DNA of 64,000 bases from Phycisphaerales bacterium (GTDB lineage Bacteria; Planctomycetota; UBA1135; UBA2386): assembly GCA_020247305.1 (NCBI GenBank), contig JADCJE010000066.1, forward strand, positions 66,466-130,465, in the 5' to 3' direction. Within the stretch, counting starts at the first letter, position 1. Every line of letters begins with the position of its first letter. A program made the position numbers and the translations under genes. Positions 1 through 9,313 of this stretch are shown piece after piece. Under the pieces are notes generated by a model. It was not told where the DNA came from. It saw only the letters and a list, made by a program, of their open reading frames with translations, and made no database searches.

Positions 1-1
1 G

Positions 2-523
2 CTGGCGGCACTGCGCAGCCTGCAACTCGTGCCGAAGGAAGGCCCCGAGGATGCGACGGCGATCGGCGCCGCCGTCGGCAAGGCGGCGGCGTCGCTGGCG
101 GCCGCCGAAGCGGCGGGCAAGGTCGTAGTCGTCGTCACCGACGGCGAGGAGAACGTCAGCAACAAGCTGCTGCCGAACGAGATTGCGCCGCTGCACGCGG
201 CACAGGCGTGCGCCGCCGCCGGTATCCGCGTGCACGCCGTCGTCGTCGGCCGCGGCAACCAGAAACCCGACGGTCGCTTCCAGGCGCTCGACACCACGGC
301 GGTGCAGCAGCTCGCCGGGGCGACCGGCGGCCGCAGTTGGCGGTGCGAGGACGAGGCCGCGCTGGCGGAGGTCTACGCGCGCATCGACGCGCTCGAAGCC
401 GACGCGCCGGCGGCGACCGGCGTCGTCGTGCGCGAACGCTTCGCCGTGGCGCTGGCGGTCGCCGCCATCGCGGGTGCGCTGGCGCGGCTGCTGCGCTCGG
501 CTGGCCTGCGGAGGTTGCCGTGA
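2..523 (+). CDS. vWA-domain protein, BatA-like (5' end lies upstream of the window)
   Basis: Frame is open to the window edge. vWA-type segments VVVVTDGEENVS and RVHAVVVG, with a C-terminal hydrophobic anchor FAVALAVAAIAGALARLL. Its TGA overlaps the GTG start of the next vWA gene (GTGA at 520-523). Followed by BatB/C/D-like genes. Confidence 0.7.
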   Translation: MAALRSLQLVPKEGPEDATAIGAAVGKAAASLAAAEAAGKVVVVVTDGEENVSNKLLPNEIAPLHAAQACAAAGIRVHAVVVGRGNQKPDGRFQALDTTAVQQLAGATGGRSWRCEDEAALAEVYARIDALEADAPAATGVVVRERFAVALAVAAIAGALARLLRSAGLRRLP

Positions 524-1500
524 GCGGGCTGTTCTTCCTGTGGCCCGGGCATTGGCCGGTGGCGCTGCTGGCGCTGCCGGTGTGCGCGGCGCTGTGGTTC
601 TGGCGGCGGGCGCGCGAGCAGCGCTTGCAGCGGGCGCTCGGCGCGCGCACCGAACGGCTCGTCGGCGCGCCGGCGGCGGCGTGTTGGCGTTGGGCTGCAG
701 ACGCCGCGGTCGTGCTGCTGCTCGGCGTCGCGGTGCTGGAGCCGGCGACGCCGGGCGACGTCGGCGAAGCCGGGGGTGATGTCGCGCTGTGCGTCGACGT
801 GTCGTGGTCGATGGCGGCGCGCGACGTCACGCCGTCGCGGTTGGCTCTCGCTCAACAGGCGATTGCGCGCTTCGCCGCGACCGCGAGCGACACCCGCGCA
901 GCGCTCGTGGTCTACGCCGGCGAAGCGCTGGTCGCAGCGCCGCTGACCGCCGACCTGCGTGCCGTGGCGACGCTCGCCGGCGAACTCGCGCCGGGCGCGC
1001 ACGGCCGCGCCGGCACCGATCCCGGCGCGGCGATCGATCGCGCGGTCGCGTTGCTGCAGCGCGGCGGCCGCGCCGGCGCGGTCGTGATGCTGAGCGACGG
1101 CGAGGACTTCGCCGGCGGCGTGCTGGCGGCGGCGCGCCGCGCGGCGACCGCGGGGTACCCGGTGCACGCGCTCGGCCTTGGCACCGCAGCGGGCGGCAAG
1201 ATCGTCGTCGACACCGGCGCGGGCGAGGCGTTTCTGCAGGATGGCGCGGGCGTCGACGTCGTCACGCGCGGCGAGTTCGGCGCGCTCGCGGCCTGGGCCG
1301 AGGCCGGCGGCGGCCGCAGCGTGCCGCTCGCCGATGGCGACGGCCTGCGCGCGCTGCACGACGGCGTGCTGGCCCCCGCGGCGCGCGAGGCGGCGGTGCG
1401 CGCAGGCCGGCTGCAACCGCTGCCGCTGTGGCGGTGGCCCTTGTTCGCGGCGGTGGCGCTCTGGATGCTGGCTGCGTGCGCGCAGGAGCGACGGCGATGA
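520..1500 (+). CDS. vWA-domain membrane protein, BatB-like
   Basis: In-frame GTG at 520 inside track ORF 208..1500; the part upstream of 520 is Arg-rich junk. N-terminal TM helices, MIDAS motif DVSWSM, VVMLSDGEDF and a C-terminal TM helix. ATGA overlap with the next gene. Confidence 0.8.
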   Translation: MSGLFFLWPGHWPVALLALPVCAALWFWRRAREQRLQRALGARTERLVGAPAAACWRWAADAAVVLLLGVAVLEPATPGDVGEAGGDVALCVDVSWSMAARDVTPSRLALAQQAIARFAATASDTRAALVVYAGEALVAAPLTADLRAVATLAGELAPGAHGRAGTDPGAAIDRAVALLQRGGRAGAVVMLSDGEDFAGGVLAAARRAATAGYPVHALGLGTAAGGKIVVDTGAGEAFLQDGAGVDVVTRGEFGALAAWAEAGGGRSVPLADGDGLRALHDGVLAPAAREAAVRAGRLQPLPLWRWPLFAAVALWMLAACAQERRR

Positions 1501-2270
1501 CGGTGCGGGCGAGCTTCGCGGCGATGGCGTTCGCCAGCGTGTGGACCAGCGCGCTGGCCGGCGCCCTTGCCGTGGAACTGGCGGCGCAGGATCCGGCCGC
1601 CTTCGCGGCCGCGGTCGCCGACTACCGCGCCGGCAAGCACGAGGCGGCGTTCGCGGCCTTCCAGGCGCAGTTCGCCGCCGCGGGCGACGCAGCGGGCGAC
1701 GCGCTGCGTTGGAACCTCGCGCTCGCCGCGCTGCGGCTGCAGCGCAGCGGCGACGCCGAGGCCGCGGTCGCGCCGTGGCTCGCGGGCGGCGACGACGCGC
1801 GACGCGCCGACGGCGAGTTCGTGCTCGGCATGGCAGGCGCGCAGCGCAGCGAACTCGCCGCCGCCGCCGCGCAGTTGCCCGACGCCGAGCCGCTGGCGTG
1901 GGCGATGGCGATCCGAGCCATGGAACAGGCGGCCGATGCGTTCGTGCGCGCGGCCGCGGCCCGCGGCGGTTGGCCCGAGGCCGAGCGCAACGCCGCGCGC
2001 ACGCGCGCCCGCGTCGAGGAGTTCAAGCGCCGGCGCGACGCCGCGCGCGAGCAGGCCGCCAAGAAGGCGTCGGCGCCGAAGCCGTTGCCGCCGGCCCCGC
2101 AGCCCAAGCCCGACCAGGACGACGACCCGCTCGGCCTCGTCACCGAGCCGCTGCCGGCGAACGAGTTGCCGGCGCTGGCGCGGCGCATCGCGCAGCGCGA
2201 CCAGAAGAAGGTCGCCGTGCGGCGCGAACAGCAGCAGAAGACGCTGCGCGCCGGGGAGCGCGGCTGGTGA
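1497..2270 (+). CDS. TPR-like secreted protein, BatC-like
   Basis: ATG at 1497 within track ORF 789..2270. Signal-like N terminus MTVRASFAAMAFASVWTSALAGA, Ala-rich TPR-like helices and a charged Lys/Pro/Gln tail. Sits between the BatB- and BatD-like genes. Confidence 0.6.
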   Translation: MTVRASFAAMAFASVWTSALAGALAVELAAQDPAAFAAAVADYRAGKHEAAFAAFQAQFAAAGDAAGDALRWNLALAALRLQRSGDAEAAVAPWLAGGDDARRADGEFVLGMAGAQRSELAAAAAQLPDAEPLAWAMAIRAMEQAADAFVRAAAARGGWPEAERNAARTRARVEEFKRRRDAAREQAAKKASAPKPLPPAPQPKPDQDDDPLGLVTEPLPANELPALARRIAQRDQKKVAVRREQQQKTLRAGERGW

Positions 2271-3721
2271 GTTGTCGCGGCGCAAGGCCGTCGCGGGCGG
2301 CCGTCGGCCGCGCCGATGCCTGCCACGGTGGTGCGCGCGGGTGTGCTGCGGTGCGCCTGGCGGCGTGCGTCGCTGCGTTGGCGTGGTGGACGCAGGCGTC
2401 GGCCCGGACCGAGCCGACCGCGGCGAACCAGGATCCGCCGCCGGGCACGGCCAGCGCGCCGGTGCGCGTGTTCGTCGAGGTCGAGGGCGTGCCGACGCAG
2501 GCGTGGGTGGGCGAGGTGTGCGAACTCACCGTGCGCGTCTGCTTCGACACGGCGTGGTTTGGCGCGCAGGCCGTGCCGCTGTCGGCGCAGGCGCTCGACC
2601 AACCGTTCCACGTGCAGATCCCATGGCTGCAGCCGGGCGACGATGCCCGCGCGGCCGTCGTGCCGCCGCCTGCCGGCGCACCGAGCCAGCGCGTCGCCGT
2701 CGGCGACCGCGCCGAGGCCTTCGCGCTCGCCGCCCCGCGCACGATCGAAGGCCGTGCCTTCACGACGCTGGCGTTGCGCGCCCGCTGGCAACCGCGACGC
2801 GACGGCGCGTTGGCGCTCGCGCCGGTGCGGCTGCGCTACGCCTTCGCGACCGGGTTCGTCGAGGACTTCCTGCGCGGCCGGCAGCCGCGCGACCGGCAGG
2901 AGGCGAGCGTCGCCGGCGCGGCGGCGCGCGTGCGGGTGACGCCGCTGCCGCAGCCCGCGCCCGCGGGCTTCACCGGTGCGGTCGGCGCGTTTGCGCTCGC
3001 TGCTGCGCCGGCGGCGGCGGTTGCCGAGGTCGGCCGCGCGTTCGCAGTGACCGCGACGCTCGCGGGCGACGGCAACTTCGGCGACTTCGCCTTCGCGCTC
3101 GCGCATCCCGTGCCCGGCTGCCACGTCGACGGCGTCGTCGCCGTGCCGGGCAGCGACGGCCGCGCCTTCCGGCTCGACGTGTTGCCGCTGCGCGCCGGCC
3201 TGCGCGAACTGCCGCCGCTGGCGTTCGTCGCGTTCGACCCGCGGGCCGGCGGCTATGTGGCCGTCGCCTCGCCGGCCGTTCCGCTCGCCGTCGCGGCGGC
3301 GAGTGCGCCGCTGCCGCCGCGCGTGCAGCAGCTGGTCGACGCCGACGAGGCGGCCGAACAACCGGCGCGCATCTGGCCGCTGCCTGTCGGCTTCGCAGTG
3401 GCGGTGCTCGCCGCTGGCGCAGTGCGGAGTCGGCGGCGGTTGGGCGCCCGCCGCGCGGCGGAAGCGGCGATCGCCGCGTTCGCGGCGGCGCCGAGCGCCG
3501 ATCCGGCGGCGCGCCTGTTGGCCTTTGAAGCCGCGCTCGCGCGCCTGCTCGGCCTGCCGGCGTGGGGGGACGAAGGCGCGTCGGCGCTCGCAGTACGCGC
3601 GCCGGGCAAACTCGCGGCGGCGCTGCAGGCGCACCGCGGCGCGCTCGACGCCGCGCGGTATGGCGGCGCCGCACCGGCGGCGGCCGCGGTGGTCGCGGAC
3701 CTGCGGCGTCTGCTGCGCTGA
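2267..3721 (+). CDS. BatD-like (oxygen-tolerance family) membrane protein
   Basis: In-frame GTG at 2267 overlaps the previous stop. An alternative GTG at 2351 lies just before the signal-like VRLAACVAALAWWTQASA. Both are within track ORF 1178..3721. Large ectodomain, TM helix IWPLPVGFAVAVLAAGAV and a helical tail. Last gene of the Bat-type operon. Confidence 0.55.
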   Translation: MSCRGARPSRAAVGRADACHGGARGCAAVRLAACVAALAWWTQASARTEPTAANQDPPPGTASAPVRVFVEVEGVPTQAWVGEVCELTVRVCFDTAWFGAQAVPLSAQALDQPFHVQIPWLQPGDDARAAVVPPPAGAPSQRVAVGDRAEAFALAAPRTIEGRAFTTLALRARWQPRRDGALALAPVRLRYAFATGFVEDFLRGRQPRDRQEASVAGAAARVRVTPLPQPAPAGFTGAVGAFALAAAPAAAVAEVGRAFAVTATLAGDGNFGDFAFALAHPVPGCHVDGVVAVPGSDGRAFRLDVLPLRAGLRELPPLAFVAFDPRAGGYVAVASPAVPLAVAAASAPLPPRVQQLVDADEAAEQPARIWPLPVGFAVAVLAAGAVRSRRRLGARRAAEAAIAAFAAAPSADPAARLLAFEAALARLLGLPAWGDEGASALAVRAPGKLAAALQAHRGALDAARYGGAAPAAAAVVADLRRLLR

Positions 3722-3792
3722 TCTGGCAGGAGCGGACGGGGCGGGGCGGCATGTGCTTCGGGCCGTTGCACGGGCTGGATCGGCTGCGCAAC

Positions 3793-4062
3793 ATGGGGAA
3801 GTTGGCGTACCGCAGCGTGCGGATCTGGCTGGTGCTTGCGCTGCTGCCGTGCGCTGCGCTCGCCCTGTTGCCGCTGCTGGACCTGTGGCAGGCGTTGTTC
3901 GCCAGTGGCGCGCCGCGCGCCACGTTCCGCATCGTCGTCACGTCGTTGGCGGAGGCGCTCCGCACGGTCGCCACGCCGCTGGTGGTCTGGCAACTCGCCC
4001 GCGCCCTGGTCGACATCGCCGACTGCCAATTGCTGGTCCGCGCCGAACGCGCGACGAAATGA
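3793..4062 (+). CDS. hypothetical small membrane protein
   Basis: ATG at 3793 (alternative ATG at 3751) in track ORF 3562..4062. High third-position GC and a hydrophobic helix IWLVLALLPCAALALLPLL. Its stop codon sits in a strong GC hairpin. I recognise no family. Confidence 0.35.
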   Translation: MGKLAYRSVRIWLVLALLPCAALALLPLLDLWQALFASGAPRATFRIVVTSLAEALRTVATPLVVWQLARALVDIADCQLLVRAERATK

Positions 4063-4090
4063 CGCGCGCACGCCGGCGCGTCGCGCGTCA
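4060..4090 (+). terminator. GC-rich stem-loop overlapping the TGA of the 3793..4062 ORF
   Basis: TGACGCGCG (4060-4068) pairs with CGCGCGTCA (4082-4090). An inner ACGC/GCGT extension surrounds a CGGC loop, with one bulged C. No U-tract follows. Confidence 0.4.
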
Positions 4091-4322
4091 GTTCGCCGCG
4101 AAGCGGCCGGAGTTGACGGGTTGCGCCAGCCAGTCCCCGACGGCGCCCTGGCAGCGGTGCGGTTCGGCCGCCGTTGCGCCAAGGAGCAGTATGCGCCACC
4201 CGTCGCAGCCGCCGAGCGCGTCGATACGCTGCTGCAACCGCGCGCGCTGCACGGCTGCGCACCCTGCGGCGGCTGGACTCAGAGGTTCGCAGTGCGCGAC
4301 GTCGCGTGGGCAGTTGCTCCAG

Positions 4323-4811
4323 CTACAGCGGTGCGGCGCCTTCGAAGTAGTCGCCGTCGACCTGCTTCAGCTCGAAGGTCTGCGTGCGCGCGACGCCGAC
4401 GTTGTGCTCGAACATCAGCGACGCCAGGGTGCGTCCGTCGATGAGCGCGATCTTGCTGTCGATCTGCTGGACGAAGTCGCGTGCTTCCTGCGAGAAGTCC
4501 GACGTCGTGATGAACACGCCCTTGCGAGCGCGTCGTCCCTGCAGCGCGGCGGCGAACTTCTGGATCTCTGGTCGTCCGATCGTTCCGGTCCATCGTTTGG
4601 CCTGCAGGTAGATCGCATCGAGGCCCAGCCGGTCCTCCTTGATGATCCCGTCGATGCCTTCGTCGCCCGACTTGCCAATCGCTTGCCCGGCGTCCTCCCG
4701 GCTGCCGCCGTAGCCCATGGCGACCAGGAACTCGACGACCAGCCGTTCGAAGAAGTCGGGGCGCGCTGCCCGTGCCTTGTCGAGCAGGTCCGACTCGCTG
4801 GCTAGGCGCAT
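4323..4811 (-). CDS. mrr: Mrr-family (type IV) restriction endonuclease catalytic domain, N-terminally truncated
   Basis: C-terminal 162 aa of track ORF 4323..5060. PDFFERLVVEFLVAMGYGG, GDEGIDGII, LDAIYLQAKRW and GVFITTSDFS match the Mrr_cat PD-(D/E)xK core. The first in-frame ATG is at 4811. The in-frame sequence up to 5060 does not resemble the Mrr N-terminal winged helix. Confidence 0.7.
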   Translation of the reverse strand: MRLASESDLLDKARAARPDFFERLVVEFLVAMGYGGSREDAGQAIGKSGDEGIDGIIKEDRLGLDAIYLQAKRWTGTIGRPEIQKFAAALQGRRARKGVFITTSDFSQEARDFVQQIDSKIALIDGRTLASLMFEHNVGVARTQTFELKQVDGDYFEGAAPL

Positions 4812-5086
4812 CTGCGCGTAGGCGTCCTCCAAGGCCTCTTCAGGCGTGGAGGAGCTCGTCTTCGCGGCGGTTTCCTTCGTCAGGCGGGACGCTAGCAAGT
4901 GGGCAGCACGTTGCCATGCAGTGCAAGGGCGGCGGGGGAGCGGAGCGCTCGGGGCTGCCGTCGACGGCGGTATGGGGTGCGGTTGGTCGCGGTCCCAGCA
5001 GCGCCCCTCGATGCGACCGCACGTACCGCACGTCACACGGCGCGATGGGTGCCGCAACAACGACCACGCCGTGGGGCATGAAGCGA

Positions 5087-5174
5087 TGGTGCAGGGGGAG
5101 GGACTCGAACCCTCACGGCCGTTGCCGGCCCGCGGCTTTTAAGGCCGCTGCGTCTGCCGTTTCGCCACCCCCGC
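5087..5174 (-). tRNA. tRNA-Leu (anticodon UAA)
   Basis: The reverse complement folds as a cloverleaf. Acceptor GCGGGGG/CCCCTGC with one G-U pair. Anticodon stem GCGGC/GCCGC with loop CUUAAAA. Long variable arm, T-arm GAGGG-TTCGAGT-CCCTC and an encoded CCA. Confidence 0.9.
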
Positions 5175-5279
5175 GGCCGGCGGGCGCATCATGCGGCGGC
5201 GGGGTGCGGCGAGGAAGGACGGCGGGGGAAGTACGCGCAGCCCGGCAGTCGAGAAGTGCTCAGCGTCGCAGCCGGCTCT

Positions 5280-5391
5280 GTGCACCGCCGTGCCCCGTGT
5301 ACCGCCGTGCCTCGTGCACCGCCGTGCCTCGTGCACCGCCGTGCCCCGCCGTGCCTTGTGCCCCGCCGTGCCCCGTGCACCGCCGTGCCTC
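5280..5391. repeat. 17-bp tandem repeat (about 6.5 copies) in the tRNA-Cys/tRNA-Leu spacer
   Basis: Head-to-tail units GTGCACCGCCGTGCCYC, with one truncated 10-nt unit. The unit length is not a multiple of 3. Confidence 0.85.
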
Positions 5392-5427
5392 GGCGTCCAT
5401 CGGCGCGGCAAGCGGCGAGGAAAAGTG

Positions 5428-5498
5428 AGGTCCCGCCCAGAATCGAACTGGGGTAGACGGATTTGCAATCCGTTGCCTAACCACTTGGCTACGGGACC
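5428..5498 (-). tRNA. tRNA-Cys (anticodon GCA)
   Basis: Reverse complement: acceptor GGTCCCG/CGGGACC, anticodon stem-loop ACGGA-TTGCAAA-TCCGT, T-arm CCCAG-TTCGATT-CTGGG. CCA is not encoded. Confidence 0.9.
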
Positions 5499-5645
5499 AC
5501 GTCGGGGGGCGCACGGTAGCGGCCTCCGGCGGACGTGCAAGTGCGATCTGCAGCGGCGGTGGCGGGGGGGGAATCGGGTGCCGCGCGCGCGGTGCCGGTC
5601 CGTATGCTCCCCGCCCTGCCGCGTGCCCCCGCGGCGACCGAACCC

Positions 5646-5888
5646 GTGAAGACCAAGAAGAACATCCACTTCGAGTTCGACCAAGACCTCGTCCGCGAGC
5701 CGTTGCTCTACAAGATTAACCGCTCGTTCGACGTGGTGGTCAACATCCGCGGCGCCTCGGTGAACGACCGCGGCGGCTTCATCGCCCTGGAGCTGGAGGG
5801 CGAGAAGGCGGAGGTCGACCGCGTGCTCGACTACCTGCGCGGCCAGGGCGTGCGGCTGGGCGAAGGCCTCGGGAGTCCCGAGCAGTGA
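5646..5888 (+). CDS. NIL-domain (ferredoxin-fold, MetN C-terminal-like) small protein
   Basis: In-frame GTG at 5646 in track ORF 5535..5888. KNIHFEFDQDLVREPLLYKINRSFDVVVNIRGASV...GGFIALELEG...VLDYLRGQGV is typical of a stand-alone NIL domain. Its stop overlaps the ggt start. Confidence 0.65.
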   Translation: MKTKKNIHFEFDQDLVREPLLYKINRSFDVVVNIRGASVNDRGGFIALELEGEKAEVDRVLDYLRGQGVRLGEGLGSPEQ

Positions 5889-7579
5889 TGCGGGCGGGAC
5901 TCGGGGGGCTGCTGGCCGCGCTGTGGCTGGCGGTTCCGGTCCTGACGCCGGCGGCGTCCAACGACATGGTCGCGCGCGGCGCGCGCGGCGTGGTCGTGAG
6001 CCAGGAACCGCACGCGACGGCGGTGGGGCTGCAGGTGCTGCAGAACGGCGGCAACGCCGTCGACGCGGCGGTCGCGACGGCGCTGGCGCTGGCGGTGACG
6101 CATCCGCAGGCCGGCAACCTCGGCGGCGGCGGCTTCTTCGTCCTCCGCATGGCCGACGGCCGCACGGCGGCGATCGACTTCCGCGAGAAGGCCCCGAAGG
6201 CGGCGCACGCCGACATGTACCTCAAGGCCGACGGCAGCGTCGACCAGGACAAGGTGCAGTTCGGCGCCACGGCCGCGGGCGTGCCGGGCGCGCCGGCGGG
6301 CCTGCTGCTGGCGCTGCAGAAGTACGGCACGCGCAGCCTCAAGGACGTCGCCGCGCCGGCGATCCGGCTGGCCCGCGAGGGCTTCGCCGTCGACCAGTTC
6401 CTCGCCGGCAGCCTCGCCGAGGCCAAGCAGGACCTCGGCCGCTTCCCGTCGACGCGCAAGGTGTTCTTCAAGGACGAGGCGCCGCTGCGCCAGGGCGACC
6501 TGTTGGTGCAGTCGGACCTCGCCGAGACGCTGCAGCGCTTCGCCGACAAGGGCTTCGACGGCTTCTACCGCGGGCGCACCGCCGAGCTGATGCAGGCGCA
6601 GATGCAGCGCGACGGCGGCTTCGTCACCGCTGCCGACATGGCGGCGTACGAGGCCAAGGAGCGCCCTGCGCTGCGCGGCAGCTACCGCGGCCACGAAGTG
6701 CTCACCATGCCGCCGCCGTCGTCGGGCGGCGTCTGCATGCTGCAGATGCTGGCGATGCTCGAAGGCCACGACCTCAAGGCCATGGGCTACGGCAGCAGCG
6801 CGTCGATCCACCTGCTCGCCGAGGTCATGCGCCGCGCCTACGCCGACCGCTCGCGGTGGCTCGGCGACCCGGACTTCTACGCGGTGCCGCAGGACGGCCT
6901 GCTCGCCGCGGACTACGCCAAGGCGCGCATGGCCGACTTCGACGCCAGCAGGAAGGGGCCGGTGCAGCCGGGCCTGCCGGCCGGCGGCAAGGAGAGCGAG
7001 GACACGACGCACTTCTCGGTCGTCGACGCGATGGGCAACGCGGTCGCCTGCACGACGACGATCAACTCGACGTTCGGGGCCTGCTGCGTCGTCGACGGCG
7101 CCGGCTTCCTGCTCAACAACGAGATGGACGACTTCTCGGCGAAGCCGGGGACGCCCAACCAGTTCGGCCTCGTCGGCGGCAAGGCCAACGCCATCGCGCC
7201 CGGCAAGCGCATGCTGTCGTCGATGACGCCGACGATCGTGCTGAAGGACGGCGAACTGCGGCTGGTGCTCGGCGCGCCGGGCGGCGGCCGCATCATCACC
7301 GGCGTCATGCAGACGCTGCTCAACGTGCTCGACCACGGCATGTCGCTGGAGCTCGCCGTGCGGGCGCCGCGCGTGCACCACCAGTGGCTGCCCGACGAGA
7401 TCGCGTGGGAGCCGATGGCGCTGTCGGCCGACACGCGCGGGGCGCTGCAGCAGAAGGGCCACGTCATCGCCGACCGGCCGCGCGGCATCGCCCAGGTGTT
7501 CGCCGTCGAGCTGCGCAAGGACGGCACGCGCATCGGCGTCGCCGACCCGCGCAGCGGCGGCTCGGCGCTGGCGTACTGA
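5885..7579 (+). CDS. ggt: gamma-glutamyltranspeptidase
   Basis: 564 aa with a signal peptide. GNLGGGGFF, the autoprocessing/nucleophile context EDTTHFSVVD, NNEMDDFS and SSMTPT. Confidence 0.93.
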   Translation: MMRAGLGGLLAALWLAVPVLTPAASNDMVARGARGVVVSQEPHATAVGLQVLQNGGNAVDAAVATALALAVTHPQAGNLGGGGFFVLRMADGRTAAIDFREKAPKAAHADMYLKADGSVDQDKVQFGATAAGVPGAPAGLLLALQKYGTRSLKDVAAPAIRLAREGFAVDQFLAGSLAEAKQDLGRFPSTRKVFFKDEAPLRQGDLLVQSDLAETLQRFADKGFDGFYRGRTAELMQAQMQRDGGFVTAADMAAYEAKERPALRGSYRGHEVLTMPPPSSGGVCMLQMLAMLEGHDLKAMGYGSSASIHLLAEVMRRAYADRSRWLGDPDFYAVPQDGLLAADYAKARMADFDASRKGPVQPGLPAGGKESEDTTHFSVVDAMGNAVACTTTINSTFGACCVVDGAGFLLNNEMDDFSAKPGTPNQFGLVGGKANAIAPGKRMLSSMTPTIVLKDGELRLVLGAPGGGRIITGVMQTLLNVLDHGMSLELAVRAPRVHHQWLPDEIAWEPMALSADTRGALQQKGHVIADRPRGIAQVFAVELRKDGTRIGVADPRSGGSALAY

Positions 7580-7598
7580 GGCCGCGCGCACGACCACC

Positions 7599-8264
<666 letters not shown>

Positions 8265-8337
8265 ACGCGCTTCCCCGCGCCGCCTCCGCTGGCTATCTTC
8301 CGCGACCCGACCGCAACACGAACAGGAATCGAACGAC

Positions 8338-9303
8338 ATGGCTTGGACCCGCTTCGGCAAGAAGAAGGACATGCCCGGTGGACTCTGGATCAAGTGCGAG
8401 TCCTGCGGGGCGATGCTCTTCCGCAAGGACTTCGAGCAGAAGAACCGGGTCTGCAGCACCTGCGGCTACCACTTCACCCTGCCGGCGCGCGAGCGCATCG
8501 CCATCACGGTCGACCCGGGCAGCTTCGACGAGATGTGGAAGGACCTGCGCGCCCAGGACCTGCTCGGCTTCAACGACCGCGTGCCGTACGCCGAGAAGCT
8601 GGTGCAGACCAAGCAGAAGACCGGCGAGTCGGACGCGATGGTGACCGGCGCCGCCAAGATCAAGGGCCTCGCCTGCGCGCTCGGCGTGATGAACTTCCAG
8701 TTCCTCGGCGGCTCGATGGGCATGGTCGTCGGCGAGAAGATCGCGCTGCTGTGCGAGCACGCGCTGAAGACCCGCCTGCCGGTGGTGCTGTTCGCCTGCT
8801 CCGGCGGCGCCCGCATGCACGAAGGCGCCGTGTCGCTGATGCAGATGGCCAAGACCTGCGGCGCGCTGCAGCGGCTCAACGCCGCGCGCGTGCCGACGAT
8901 CTCGGTGATGACGCACCCGACGACCGGCGGCGTCACCGCCTCGTTCGCGTCGGTCTGCGACCTGCTGGTCGCCGAGCCTGGCGCGTTGATCGGCTTCGCC
9001 GGCCCGCGCGTGATCGCCACGACGATCAAGAAGGAGCTGCCCAAGGGCTTCCAGCGCTCGGAGTTCCTGCTGGAGAAGGGCCAGGTCGACCGCATCGTGC
9101 CGCGCGCGCAGATGCGCGACGAGCTGGCGCGGCTGCTGGCCTACGCCACGGGCGCGGACCCGGTCGCGGCGTTCAAGCCGCAGGCCGTCGCCGCGGTGGC
9201 CGAGGCCGAGCCGGTGGCCGTCGCGGCGGGCGCTGCCGCGGGTACGGTCGCCGGGGCCGACGCCGACAAGCCGAAGAAGAAGCCGAAGGCGAAGAAGGCG
9301 TGA
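8338..9303 (+). CDS. accD: acetyl-CoA carboxylase carboxyltransferase subunit beta
   Basis: N-terminal Zn ribbon CESCG...CSTCGYH and a carboxyltransferase core GGSMGMVVGEK...SGGARMHEG. Ala/Lys-rich C-terminal tail. Confidence 0.93.
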   Translation: MAWTRFGKKKDMPGGLWIKCESCGAMLFRKDFEQKNRVCSTCGYHFTLPARERIAITVDPGSFDEMWKDLRAQDLLGFNDRVPYAEKLVQTKQKTGESDAMVTGAAKIKGLACALGVMNFQFLGGSMGMVVGEKIALLCEHALKTRLPVVLFACSGGARMHEGAVSLMQMAKTCGALQRLNAARVPTISVMTHPTTGGVTASFASVCDLLVAEPGALIGFAGPRVIATTIKKELPKGFQRSEFLLEKGQVDRIVPRAQMRDELARLLAYATGADPVAAFKPQAVAAVAEAEPVAVAAGAAAGTVAGADADKPKKKPKAKKA

Positions 9304-9313
9304 ACCACGCCCG

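Noticed and set aside
3722-4322. Additional hidden gene or att site between BatD and Mrr.
   Set aside because: Apart from the 89-aa ORF and its hairpin, the remaining frames give only Arg-rich junk. I could not find a duplicate of the tRNA-Leu 3' end by eye. The question stays open without a proper search.
5280-5391. Possible CRISPR array.
   Set aside because: The units are 17 bp and directly abutting, with no unique spacers. There is no leader and no cas gene nearby. It is a simple tandem repeat.
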